From Alphaproteobacteria bacterium (GTDB taxonomy: Bacteria; Pseudomonadota; Alphaproteobacteria; UBA828), in NCBI GenBank assembly GCA_965214705.1, contig OZ243972.1, forward strand, positions 2,976,001-3,040,000: a DNA stretch of 64,000 nucleotides, in the 5' to 3' direction. Both the position numbers and the translations under genes were made by a program. Every line of letters starts with the position of its first letter. Position 1 is the first letter of the stretch. Of this stretch, positions 51,761 to 61,789 are shown piece by piece. A model generated the notes under the pieces. That model was not told the origin of the DNA. It saw only the letters and a list, made by a program, of their open reading frames with translations, and did no database searches.

Positions 51761-52561
51761 ATGACTGAACGCAGGAACCGGCCGCCTGCAGCGGGGGCGG
51801 CCTTGATTGCCGCGCTGGCGCTGGCGGGCTGCTCGGCGACCCATGTGGGCGACGACTGGCAATGCCCGCTGGCGCAGGGAAAGGTGTGCGCGTCCGTCTT
51901 CGCCGCCGACCCGGCGGTGCCGCAGACACTCGCGTCGGAGACGCGCGCGTCGGAGACGCGCGCGCCGGAGACACTCGTGCCGGAGACACTCGTGCCGGAG
52001 ACGCGAGATGGGACGAGGCTCGCAGGTGCAATCCCGCGCCACGGACAGGGCAGCGGTCGCATCGTTGCGGGCCTGTCGGCCGGGACTGCCGACGAACCGG
52101 CCTGCGAATCGGATTGCGATCCGTTCGCCTGGCTCGGGTCGCTGTTCTCGGGCATCGGCGATGCCGGTGACGCGGATTCGGAAACGGGCCTCTCCCGGCG
52201 AAATAACGATGTCGCGACCGATGCGACCGCCGGCCCGAGAGTAAGTCGCGCCGCGCCGGTAGCGGGCGCCGTCCGGGACTCCTCCGCCGCTACCGGCCAT
52301 TCCGCGTCCGGTGCTTTGAGAGCCGGTTCGGCCGCGATCGCGCCGCCGGTCCCGGACGATGCGCCGCCCACGGCCGAGGGCGAGGCGGCCGGCGATGCCC
52401 GCGCCGATAACGCGCCCGATCCGGCCGCATCGGATGCGTTCCGTACCGGCGAGGTGGTGGCGCGCATCTGGATCGCGCCCTTCGTGGATGCCGACGGCAT
52501 CTACCGCGAGGGGAGTTACGTGCGGGCGGTGATCGCGCCGGCCGAATGGAGGCTGCGGTGA
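51761..52561 (+). CDS. traV: TraV lipoprotein
   Basis: Lipobox LAGC, W.C..G..C, RIWIAPFVDADG. Confidence 0.88.
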   Translation: MTERRNRPPAAGAALIAALALAGCSATHVGDDWQCPLAQGKVCASVFAADPAVPQTLASETRASETRAPETLVPETLVPETRDGTRLAGAIPRHGQGSGRIVAGLSAGTADEPACESDCDPFAWLGSLFSGIGDAGDADSETGLSRRNNDVATDATAGPRVSRAAPVAGAVRDSSAATGHSASGALRAGSAAIAPPVPDDAPPTAEGEAAGDARADNAPDPAASDAFRTGEVVARIWIAPFVDADGIYREGSYVRAVIAPAEWRLR

Positions 52562-55248
52562 CGCCGCCGGGCGCCGGCTCCGGCATCGCGCGCCGCCTGC
52601 TCGACCTGTTCGAGGGTCCGGCCGGGCTGGAGCCCTGGTCGCCGCCCGAGACCGGCGCGGCGCTTTGCGAGCTGCTGCCCTGGCGCGCCTTCGACGAGCG
52701 GGGCGAGCTCTATGTCAACGCGGGCTCGGTCGGGTTCGTTGTCGAGATCCCGCCCTTCGCCGGGATCGACGCCGAGACGCTCGGCGCGCTCGCGGGCACG
52801 CTGGCCGACGCCGCGCCCGAGCGCTGCACGGTGCAGGTGATCCACTGGGCGAGCCCGCGCTTCGGCGCGGCGCTCGATGCCTGGGCCGGGCCGCGCGGGG
52901 ACGCGGGTCCCGTCCAGGCCGGCATGGCGCGCCGCAGGCTTCGTCTCCTCGGCGGCGCGGGCTGGCGGGCGCTGCATCCGGGCGGGCCGCCATTCACGCT
53001 GTCGGACTACCGGGCCTTCGTCTGCGCCTCGCTGGCGGGTCCTCCCGGCCCGGCTCCCGAGACCGCGCTCTCGGCCTTCCGGCGGGCGCTCGAAGGGACG
53101 CTCGCCTCGGCCGGGGCCGTGGCGCGGAGGCTCGGTCCCGATGCGCTGCTGTCGCTCGCTGCCGAGCTGATCGCGCCCGCGATCGCGCCCGATGCCGAAC
53201 CGGGCACGGCCACCCCGCTCCACCGGCCGCGCCGCCGCTGGTCTCCGAGGGATCCCATTCACCTGCAATGCGCCGCGCCCGGCCGCGCGCTCACTGTCGC
53301 GCCCACGGGCCTGGTATTCCACGGAGGGAGCGGCAGCGACACGCGTGCCGGCGACGTTGCGGTGCGGGTGCTGACGGCCGCTACCTTTCCCGAGGTGTGG
53401 CCGGGCTGGCGCGGCAACGCGCTGATCGGCGACTTCCACCGCGACTTCCTGCAGCCCGGATGTCCGGTGCTGACCTGTCTCACCGTTATGACCGGCGAGG
53501 CGGCCGACGGGGAGAAGGCGTTCCTCAAGTCCGCGCGCGCCACCCAGCAGGCCGGCACCGGGATCGCGCGATACCTGCCGGGGCTGCCCGAGAAGGCACG
53601 GGACTGGCAGTTCGTCACCGAGCGCCTCAAGGACGGCGAGCGGCTGGTGAAGGCCTGCTACTTCGCCGCGGTCTACGCGCCGCTCGATGCGCTGGACGAG
53701 GCCGAGCAGGCGGTGCGCGCGATCTATCACGGCCAGGGCTGGCGGGTGAGCGCCGAGCGCTACGTCCAGCTCCCCTCCTGGCTCTCCTGCCTGCCGATGG
53801 TCCCGGCGGGCGGGCTCAACGGCGATCTCGCGCGCATGGGCCGCGTGAAGACCCTGCTGAGCTCCTCGGCGGTCAACCTGGCTCCGCTGCACGGCGAGTG
53901 GCGGGGACAGCCCGTCAATCTCGACAACCCGCCGGCTCTGTTCCTGATCGGCCGCCGCGGCCAGCCGGCCGGCTGGTCGCCGTTTGCCAACGAGGCGGGC
54001 AACTACAACGTCGCCGTGACGGGAAAATCCGGCTCGGGCAAGTCGGTGCTGATGCAGGAGCTGGTCACCGGCATCGTCGGCGCGGGCGGCGAGGCCGTGG
54101 TGATCGACGACGGCCGGTCCTTCCAGCACACGGCGGAAGCATTGGGCGGCGCCTTCATCGCCTTCGGCAAGGATCCCGCCTGCCTCAATCCCTTCGCCAT
54201 GATCGACGCCGCCACGGCGCACCGTGACGGCGATTACAGGGAAGAGTGCTTCGCCATGCTGGCGGGCGTCATCGGACGCATGTGCCGCAGGCGAGGGTCG
54301 ATCGACGACATCGAGGCGGCGCTGATCGCCGAGGCCATTGCGGCCGCCTGGGACGAAGCCGGGAACGACGCCGATCTCGGCACCGTACGCCGGCATCTCG
54401 ACGCCCGCGGCGACCGCCGCGCCGCCGACATGGCGACCTCCCTCGGTCCGTGGTGCCCCGGCGGCGCCATGGGACGGCTGTTCGCGGGCGCGGAGACGCC
54501 GGCGCTCGATGCCGCGCTCACCGTGTTCGAGCTGGCCGAGCTCAAGGGCCGGGGCGACGTCCAGGCCGTGGTGCTGATGCTGGTGGTCTTCCTCGCCACC
54601 CAGCGCATGTATCACGGGGAGCGCACGCGGGCGAAGGCCATCGTCATCGACGAGGCCTGGGACCTGCTCTCCGGCGAGAACAGCCGGGCCTTCCTCGAAG
54701 GCGCGGCGCGCAGGGCCAGAAAATACCGCGGCTCGCTCATCACCGGCACCCAGTCGGTCAACGACTATTACGCCAACCCGGCGGCGCAGGCGGCCTGGGA
54801 GAACTCCGACTGGACGATCTTCCTCGCCCAGAAGGACGAATCCGTCGAGCTGCTGAAGCAGGAAAAGCGCATCCACTGCGATCCCGGCATGGAGCGGGCC
54901 TTGAAGAGCCTGACCACCGCCGAGGGCCGCCATGCGGAGCTGCTGCTGCACGGTCCCGACGGCTGGCGCGTGGCGCGCCTCGTGCTCGATCTCTGGTCGG
55001 TGGCGCTGTTCTCCTCGCGCGGACCCGCATTCGCGGCCGTCGAGCGGCTCAAGGCCGAGGGGCTCTCCACCGTCGAGGCCATCGACCGGCTCGCGGGGGA
55101 CGCTCCCGTCGCGGACGGCGCGAGGCCTGGGGACGGCTCCGGCCGAACCGGCGGCGAAACCGGCATCCAGGAGACAGCCGGCGGAGACGACAGCGCCGGC
55201 GCCGATGGCGACATCGAACATGCGGACAAGAAAGGAGACGGCGAATGA
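52558..55248 (+). CDS. traC: TraC (VirB4-like ATPase)
   Basis: NYNVAVTGKSGSGKS, VIDDGRS, IDEAWDLL, RRARKY. Confidence 0.95.
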   Translation: MTPPGAGSGIARRLLDLFEGPAGLEPWSPPETGAALCELLPWRAFDERGELYVNAGSVGFVVEIPPFAGIDAETLGALAGTLADAAPERCTVQVIHWASPRFGAALDAWAGPRGDAGPVQAGMARRRLRLLGGAGWRALHPGGPPFTLSDYRAFVCASLAGPPGPAPETALSAFRRALEGTLASAGAVARRLGPDALLSLAAELIAPAIAPDAEPGTATPLHRPRRRWSPRDPIHLQCAAPGRALTVAPTGLVFHGGSGSDTRAGDVAVRVLTAATFPEVWPGWRGNALIGDFHRDFLQPGCPVLTCLTVMTGEAADGEKAFLKSARATQQAGTGIARYLPGLPEKARDWQFVTERLKDGERLVKACYFAAVYAPLDALDEAEQAVRAIYHGQGWRVSAERYVQLPSWLSCLPMVPAGGLNGDLARMGRVKTLLSSSAVNLAPLHGEWRGQPVNLDNPPALFLIGRRGQPAGWSPFANEAGNYNVAVTGKSGSGKSVLMQELVTGIVGAGGEAVVIDDGRSFQHTAEALGGAFIAFGKDPACLNPFAMIDAATAHRDGDYREECFAMLAGVIGRMCRRRGSIDDIEAALIAEAIAAAWDEAGNDADLGTVRRHLDARGDRRAADMATSLGPWCPGGAMGRLFAGAETPALDAALTVFELAELKGRGDVQAVVLMLVVFLATQRMYHGERTRAKAIVIDEAWDLLSGENSRAFLEGAARRARKYRGSLITGTQSVNDYYANPAAQAAWENSDWTIFLAQKDESVELLKQEKRIHCDPGMERALKSLTTAEGRHAELLLHGPDGWRVARLVLDLWSVALFSSRGPAFAAVERLKAEGLSTVEAIDRLAGDAPVADGARPGDGSGRTGGETGIQETAGGDDSAGADGDIEHADKKGDGE

Positions 55249-55973
55249 ACGCACGAGCGGAAGACGAGCGGGGAACCCTCGCCACCGCCGGGGCTGCCGG
55301 CGGGCGCCTCGCCTGGCCTGGCGATCCGGAGGGCGCGACCCCCGCCGATATCGACTTCGAGGCGCTGGCGCACGTGCTGGCCAACACCTGCCGCTTCGGC
55401 GGACGCACCCGGCAGTACCACTCGCTGGCGGCGCACGCCGTGATCGCCAGCGAGGAGATCGAGGCGCTCGACGGGCTCGGCGCCGACGAGCGGCGGAACC
55501 TCGCGCTTTGCGCGCTGATCGCGGACGCGCCATCGGCGTGGCTGCGAGGAGAGGGATCGTCCCAGCGTGCGGCGAAGCTCGCCGACGCCATCGAACGCGC
55601 GGTGCGCGAGGCGGCGGGGCTCGATCCCGTGCTTGGCGAGGACCACGCGGAGCTGCTCCGCTTCGTCTTCCGCATGACGGCGGCGGCGGAGCGCCGCGAC
55701 CTCGCGGACGCCGATGCCGGTTCGGGCGCGGCGTTCCCGCCGCTGAGGCGGCGCATCCGCGCAGTGGGACCAGGACGGGCCGCGAGGCTCTGGCTCGCCC
55801 GCTTCGAGGCGCTCTCCGAGCCGCCACGGCAGACCGGCGCGGCGACGGGAACAACGTCAACCGGAGAAATGAAGGGAGGGACCGGCGATGACGAAGGCAT
55901 GCAGGCGGACACTCGTGCCGGCGAACGGAAAACGGAGGAATCGGACCATGGCGCGGCGCGGCAGGCGGCGTGA
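55245..55973 (+). CDS. degenerate HD-domain (YfbR-like) protein
   Basis: DI..LAH.LAN.CRFGG..SLAAH; LIADA replaces LLHDA. Confidence 0.7.
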   Translation: MNARAEDERGTLATAGAAGGRLAWPGDPEGATPADIDFEALAHVLANTCRFGGRTRQYHSLAAHAVIASEEIEALDGLGADERRNLALCALIADAPSAWLRGEGSSQRAAKLADAIERAVREAAGLDPVLGEDHAELLRFVFRMTAAAERRDLADADAGSGAAFPPLRRRIRAVGPGRAARLWLARFEALSEPPRQTGAATGTTSTGEMKGGTGDDEGMQADTRAGERKTEESDHGAARQAA

Positions 55974-56205
55974 GAACCGGGGCGGCATTGCCCCCGGCAT
56001 CCGGGTGGTGCGGGACGCCGAGGAGGTGTTCCGCGCGGCGATCCTGGCGGGCGTGCTGTCCGCCGAGCGCTCGAAGCGCGACTGGGCGGGCCACTACCTC
56101 TACATGTTCCACGACGAGGACGGCACCGCCTGGTTCAAGCACCGAGACACGCGTTCGTACGTCTCGATGACGGCCCGGCAGCGGGCCGCGGAGCAAGCGC
56201 GGTGA
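55948..56205 (+). CDS. hypothetical protein
   Basis: GGAGG RBS; YLYMFHD..AWFKHRDTRSY; stop overlaps the trbI start. Confidence 0.65.
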   Translation: MARRGRRRENRGGIAPGIRVVRDAEEVFRAAILAGVLSAERSKRDWAGHYLYMFHDEDGTAWFKHRDTRSYVSMTARQRAAEQAR

Positions 56206-56576
56206 GCGAGGTCCGGGTGGTCCTCTCCGCCATGCTGCTCGCTGCCGGCGTTGCTGCGGCGGTCGCCGCCGGCGCGGTGCGCCTGTCCGTGGACGAAGGA
56301 CCGCGCATCGCGAGCGTCCGCCTCGCCGAGCTCGCGGCGGAGCATGCCGAGAGGGCCGCGCACAGGGGCGCTTCAGCCGACGAGATTCAGACCTCGACCC
56401 GGCTCTGGGCGGCGGCGCTGGAGCGGACGCTCGGCGACATCGTCGGGCGCCGGGACGTGGTGCTGCTGCCTTCGCGCGCAGTCGCTGCCGGCGCGCCGGA
56501 CGTGACCGATGTCGTGCGCTCCATGATCGAGGACAGGATGAAACAGGCCACGTCCGGCCGGGAGGACCGGCCGTGA
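56202..56576 (+). CDS. trbI: TrbI-like protein
   Basis: TM segment, VVLL..AV.AGAPDVT; gene order. Confidence 0.78.
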   Translation: MSEVRVVLSAMLLAAGVAAAVAAGAVRLSVDEGPRIASVRLAELAAEHAERAAHRGASADEIQTSTRLWAAALERTLGDIVGRRDVVLLPSRAVAAGAPDVTDVVRSMIEDRMKQATSGREDRP

Positions 56577-57142
56577 CGGGTCGGGCGATCCTGGCCGCCC
56601 GCGGGCGCGGCGGGAAGCGCGCCTGGATCGGGCTCGCGCTCATGACAGTGCTCGCCTCGCTGTGGCTGGCGGCGGCCTCGCGCGTGCACGTCAATGCGAG
56701 CTGGTCGGACGATGCCTGGGGCTATCTCGTGCTGCCCATCGGCGAGCCCGCCGTCGGCGACGCGGTGCTGTTCGAGCCGCCGCCGGCGCTCGGCGCGCGG
56801 ACTCCGTGGCTCAAGACCGTGCGCGGCCTGCCGGGCGCGGCCGTGACCGTGGACGCGGACCGGACGGTGCGCCTCGACGGTGCGCCTGTCGCGCGCGCGA
56901 AGAGCCACGCCCTCGACGGACGGCCGCTTGAAGCGATCCGGCCGGGCGCCGTTCCCGAGGGGCACTATTACGTCCACGCCGATCATCGCGACAGCCACGA
57001 CAGCCGCTATGCGGAGGTCGGGCCGGTCCCCCGCGACCGCATTCTCGGGCGGGCGCTGGCGCTCCCCGACCTCCCCTGGCTCGGCCTCGCGGGGCCGCTG
57101 GTGGGGCCGGACGATATCGGGCCGGCGGAGACGCGGCGATGA
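56573..57142 (+). CDS. S26 conjugative signal peptidase (TrhF-like)
   Basis: NASWS, LKTVRGLPG, SHDSRY. Confidence 0.85.
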   Translation: MTGRAILAARGRGGKRAWIGLALMTVLASLWLAAASRVHVNASWSDDAWGYLVLPIGEPAVGDAVLFEPPPALGARTPWLKTVRGLPGAAVTVDADRTVRLDGAPVARAKSHALDGRPLEAIRPGAVPEGHYYVHADHRDSHDSRYAEVGPVPRDRILGRALALPDLPWLGLAGPLVGPDDIGPAETRR

Positions 57143-57828
57143 CGCGCTTTCCGCCATTGTCCTTTCGGCCCCTCGCGGTCCTTTGCCTCCTGGCAATGCT
57201 TGCCGCGGGGCCTTCCGCGTCGGTCTCCGCGAAGGACTTGGGTGTGCGTGGCGCGACCTGGCCTGTCGCCGAGCCCGATCTTCTCAAGCAGATCGAGGTG
57301 CGGCTGGCGGAGATGGAACGCTCCGGCGAGCTCGCCCGCTTCGAGGCGGAGGCGCGCGAGCGGGCGAGCGGCATGCTGGAGGAGCCGAATCCGGTGCCCG
57401 GCATCGCGCCGGCCGGACAGGCGCGCTCGTGGACCTTCGACCCCTCGATAACGGTGGCCCGGGACATCCGCGCCGTCGACGGCACGCTAATCGCCGCCGC
57501 CGAGACACGCATCGACCCGTTCGCGTACGTGCCGCTCAGCCGCGACCTCCTGTTCGTCGACGGCAGGCGCGACGCCGAGATCGCCTGGGCGCTGGCGCAC
57601 GGACGGCCCTCGAAGATCGTCCTGCTGGCGGGGCGGCCGCTCGATCTCGCGCGGCGCCATGGGCGGCCCTTCCACTTCGACCAGGGCGGACGGCTCGCCG
57701 CGCGGCTCGGACTCCGCTTCACGCCGTCGCTGGTCACGCGCACGGGCGCGCATCTGCGCATCACGGAGATCGCGCTCGACGACGCCGTCGTGGACGGGAG
57801 GGACACTCGTGTCGGGGGCAGGCAATGA
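57139..57828 (+). CDS. traW: TraW
   Basis: DLG..G.TWPVAEPD, FDPSI, FDQGG. Confidence 0.92.
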   Translation: MTRFPPLSFRPLAVLCLLAMLAAGPSASVSAKDLGVRGATWPVAEPDLLKQIEVRLAEMERSGELARFEAEARERASGMLEEPNPVPGIAPAGQARSWTFDPSITVARDIRAVDGTLIAAAETRIDPFAYVPLSRDLLFVDGRRDAEIAWALAHGRPSKIVLLAGRPLDLARRHGRPFHFDQGGRLAARLGLRFTPSLVTRTGAHLRITEIALDDAVVDGRDTRVGGRQ

Positions 57829-58651
57829 GAACCGTCCGTCTTCTCCTGCTTGTTTCCGCGCTGTTCGCCCTCCTGCCGGCCGGGCCTGCCTCGGCGCAGG
57901 CCTGCACGGGGCGCTTCGTCAATCCGATCGCGGACGTCTGCTGGGAATGCCTGTTCCCGATCTCGATCGGGCCGATCCGCATCGGGAGCGTATCGGGCGC
58001 GCCCGATACCCCGAACCCGTCCTCGCCGATCTGCCTCTGCGGCTCGCCCATCCCCCGGATCGGGCTCTCGCTCGGGGTGTGGGAGCCGGCAAGGCTGGTG
58101 GACGTCACGAGGACGCCGTGGTGCTTCCCCAATCTCGGCGGGCTCACCATCGACCCGGGGCTGCCCGCCGCGCGCGGGCGCACCGGGTCCTCGGGCGGCG
58201 ACGGCGCCGCGGGCTCGGTCTGGCACGTACATTACTATGTGTACCCGCTGCTGTCGTGGATCGGGGCGCTGCTCGATCTCGGCTGCCTCGAAGGCGGCTC
58301 GCTCGACATCGCCTGGACCTCGGAGCTCGACCCGGCCTGGCTCGACGACGAGCTGTCGTTCCTGCTGAACCCGGAGGCGGCGCTGTTCGCCAACCTGCCG
58401 GCGCAGGCGGCCTGCGCCGCCGACTGCGCGGCGGCCTCGGCCGGACTGCCGCTCGATCCGATGTTCTGGTGCGCCGGCTGCCAGGGCGGGATGTATCCAT
58501 TGACCGGCAACGTGGCGGCCCATGTCGGCGGCGTCCAGGCCTCCCTGCTGGCGGCCCAGCGGCTGGTCTACCGCCTGCATCGGGCCGGGCTCGCCTGGGG
58601 CACGTCGGGATCGGCCGCGCTCTGCGGGCGCTACCCGATGCCGATCATGAA
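57825..58651 (+). pseudogene. traU: TraU, 3'-truncated at the IS1634 fragment
   Basis: C.GRFVNPI.DVCWEC.FP, WEPARL, SELDP.W, FWCAGC; ends at PMPIMK. Confidence 0.9.
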
Positions 58652-60369
58652 GATGTGCGGGCCGCAGCCGAGGACATCGTCGCCAAGCTCAGGGCCAGGG
58701 GGTTCCGCGTCGAGGCGATGCAGGAAGAGGCGCGCAAGCCCGACATCGCCACCGTCGACCTCGATACCCTGGAGCACGAGAACCCGCGCACCGTCGGCTG
58801 CGAGCGCCTGTGCCTCAAGGCCCTCGACGCCCTCGGCTTCGCCGAAATCCTCCACGGCCTCGACATCAAGGGCCGCGACGGGCGCATCGCCAGCGCGCTG
58901 ATCGTCGCCAGGATGGTCCATCCCGCCAGCGAGCGTGATACCAGCCGCTGGCTCCGCCACGACAGCGCGGCCGCCGAGCTCCTGGGCCTGGAGGGCGACC
59001 GCAAGGCGCTGCGGCGCAAGACGCTCTACCGCATCGGCGACCTGCTCTGGCGCCACCGCGCCGCCATCCAGCGGGAGCTGTTCAACCGTGAGCGCGCACT
59101 GCTCGACCTGCCCGAGACGATCGCCTTCTACGATCTCACCAACGTCCACTACCACGGCCACACGGGCGGCGAGCTTCCCAGGTTCGGGCGCTCCAAGCAG
59201 AAGCGCGACGACTGTCCCCTCATCACGCTGGCGCTGGCGCTCGACGGCGCGGGCTTCCCGCGCAGTTGCGAGATCCTGCCGGGCAACGTGAGCGAGCCGG
59301 GCACGCTGCACGAGGCGCTGGCGCGGCTCGAGGCGGTGTGCGGCGGCACGGCGCCGAAGCCCACGGTGGTCATGGACGCGGGCATCGCCACCGAGAAAAA
59401 CATCGCGTGGCTGGGCGAGCAGGGCTACGACTGGATCGCGGTCAGCCGCGGTGCCAGGCCTGCGCCGCCCGAGGGCGGACCCGAGGCCCTGCTGATCACC
59501 AGCGCGCGCCACGAGGTGCGGGCCTGGCGGCTTGCCAGCGAGGACGGCGAGGCGCGGCTCTACGTCGTCAGCGAGGGCAAGAAGAAGGCCGAGAACGCGA
59601 TCATCGGCCTGAGGCGGAACCGCTTCGAGGCGGCGCTGGAAAGGCTCCACGGCGGCCTCCCGGTCAAGGGCCGCCTCAAGCGCTACGACAAGGTGCTGGA
59701 GAGCATAGGCCGCCTCAAGCAGCGCTTCTCCGCCGTCGCCAGGCACTACGAGATCACGGTCGAGAGGGCGAAAACCGGCCCCAATGCCACCGCCGTGCGC
59801 TTCAAGCGCAGGCCGCGATACGACGAGGCCGATGAGGGCGCCGGTGCCTATGTGCTGCGCACCAGCCACGTCGACTGGGACATCGAGACGGTCCTGCGGA
59901 CGTACTGGCGGATCACGGATATCGAGGCGACATTCCGGAGCCTGAAATCCGAGCTCGGCCTTCGCCCGATCTGGCACCAGCTCGACCGGCGCATCGCGGC
60001 CCACCTGCTGATCGCCGTGCTGGCCTACCACGCCGTGCATCTGATCCGTACCCGGCTGGCCGCGCGCGGCATCCACAAGTGCTGGGCGTCGATCCGCGAG
60101 AGCATGCGGACCTGGGTGCGGATCACCACGCGCCTGCGCCAGACCGACGGCACCTTGATCGTCAACCGCCAGGACACGCGCCCGGCCGCCGAGGTTGCCG
60201 CAATCTCCTCGGCGGCGGGCGTGGACCCCGCCATCCACCGCACGAGGACCCGTCTGATGAGCTGACAGAATCTCACAAAATGTGGGGCCATGTTGGAATC
60301 GACCGAGAAAAATATCGCGTTGAATCAAACCAATAGGGAACACAGGCAGCGGAAAAGTGCCAACTTGGG
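58652..60369 (+). mobile_element. 5'-truncated second copy of IS1634 copy A
   Basis: Reverse complement of 23099-24816; retains only one IR (AAAAGTGCCAACTTGGG). Confidence 0.9.
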
Positions 60370-60623
60370 TCGAAGCGGGCGTCGCCATCGACCCGCGTCT
60401 GTTCCGCCTGTTCGGCGTCGAGCGCGTCCCGGTGGTGGTCGCGGTTCCGGGAGGCGTGCCGCCCTGCACGAGCCGGGGCTGCGCGAACGATCCCGCTCCG
60501 CCGCACGATCTCGTCACCGGAAACATCGGCCTCGCCGCTGCGCTGGAGATCATCTCCGCCGAGGGCGACGCCGGGCGCGGCGCCGCGCGGCAAATGCTCG
60601 AACGCCTCGACGGAGAGCGATGA
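60370..60623 (+). pseudogene. trbC: TrbC C-terminal fragment
   Basis: IDPRLFR.FGV.RVP..D.V.GNI.L..ALE. Confidence 0.85.
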
Positions 60624-61789
60624 CGGACATGATGAAGCCGACGCACTCCCGGTCGACCCGAGCTGACCTTGCCGTGGAGCGCATGACCCGGTTCGCCTGC
60701 CTGCTGGCGTGGACCGCCAGGCTTGCGCTCCCCGCCACGAGTGTCTGGTGCGCCCTGATCTGGCTGCTGTTCGCAGGCGCCTCGTGGGCGGGCGATCCCA
60801 AGGCGGAAGCCCGGGCAATGGGCCAGGCCGGCACGGCGGCGGCCTCGGCCATCGCGCGGGATCCATCGAGCGCCGCGGCGGTGCCGGGTCATGCGGGCAC
60901 GAACGTGCCCGAGCGCAACGTCGGCGCGAACGAGATGGAGGACGCGGCGCGGGCGCGCCTCGCCGACCCGAACGATCCCGGCGGCGCGGCCGGCCGTGCG
61001 GTGATCGAGGGCGTGACGGTCCGGCCCGATATCCCCGTCGCCGCGAACGATCCCATTGCGGTGCGCGCGGAGGCCGTCGCGGATACTCCACAGGCTCCCG
61101 GCCATGGCGCCTCCGGGCTTGCCTCCGGCAGCGTCGCCGACTGCACGGCGCGGGTGGCCGATGCGGAACGCGGTGGGTCCTGCGGGCGGGTGTCGTATTG
61201 CGTGGGCGCCGGCTGCGAGAGCGTCGCGCCGGAGGCCAACACCGGGTTCGTGGACGCCGCCGCGCGACTCAACATGGCGTTGGAGATGGGCACGGACGAG
61301 TTCGACCGCGGCAATCTCCGCTTCTTCTCCGGCGAGCGCCGCGCCTGCCACATCAAGCTGTTCGGGCTGGCCGACTGCTGCAGCAACTCCGGCCTGCTGG
61401 TCGGACTCGCCAACTGCTCGGCCTCCGAGCGCGAGCTCGCCGAGGAGCGCCACGCCGGCAACACCCACTATCTCGGCAAGTATTGCTCGAAGCGCACCCT
61501 CTTCGGCGTCTGTATCCGCCGCTCGCGCGCCTGGTGCGTGTTCGGCTCGAAGCTCGGGCGCATCCTGCACCAGCAGGCGCGGCCGCAGCTGGGCCTCGGC
61601 TGGTCGAGCTGCCGGGGCTTCTCGGTGGCCGAGATCGAGCGCATCGACTTCGACCGGCTCGACCTCACCGAGTTCACCGAGAACCTGATCGACGGATCGA
61701 TGGAGCCGTCGATCTCTCTCCCGGACAAGGGCGGCACGCAGACCTTCATGCGGGACCGGGTGCGCGACTTCTACGAGAGGGGGCAATGA
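60620..61789 (+). CDS. traN: TraN mating-pair stabilisation protein (short form)
   Basis: FSGE...C..DCC, YLGKYCS, CVFGSKLGRI..QAR.QL, CRGF, IDFDRLDL. Confidence 0.88.
   Translation: MTDMMKPTHSRSTRADLAVERMTRFACLLAWTARLALPATSVWCALIWLLFAGASWAGDPKAEARAMGQAGTAAASAIARDPSSAAAVPGHAGTNVPERNVGANEMEDAARARLADPNDPGGAAGRAVIEGVTVRPDIPVAANDPIAVRAEAVADTPQAPGHGASGLASGSVADCTARVADAERGGSCGRVSYCVGAGCESVAPEANTGFVDAAARLNMALEMGTDEFDRGNLRFFSGERRACHIKLFGLADCCSNSGLLVGLANCSASERELAEERHAGNTHYLGKYCSKRTLFGVCIRRSRAWCVFGSKLGRILHQQARPQLGLGWSSCRGFSVAEIERIDFDRLDLTEFTENLIDGSMEPSISLPDKGGTQTFMRDRVRDFYERGQ

Larger units (their letters stand above)
48299..51768 (+). pseudogene. traB: F-type TraB interrupted by ISAs1
   Basis: WLPAGS..GVDA, GDLSSEKVY.R, GVRG.VVSR, EQYQPVI; frame restored across the TSD. 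Confidence 0.9.
47452..60746. repeat. dispersed and tandem 15-bp motif AGACACTCGTGCCGG (about 20 copies) inside tra-operon genes
   Basis: Copies at 47452x3(-), 47827, 47941x2(-), 48079x3, 48227x2, 51924x5, 53337, 55907, 57801, 60732(-). Confidence 0.85.

Noticed and set aside
47452-52010. CRISPR array interpretation of the 15-bp repeats
   Set aside because: Units are contiguous with no spacers, too short, and lie inside coding genes; no cas genes are present
52516-56694. 1392-aa minus-strand ORF and other long antisense ORFs (e.g. 58631-61786, 23125-25365)
   Set aside because: Shadow frames of GC-rich genes with recognisable products on the opposite strand
57659-60265. 868-aa TraU-transposase fusion
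   Set aside because: The N-terminal part is an off-frame reading of traW/traU; the junction is a deletion scar
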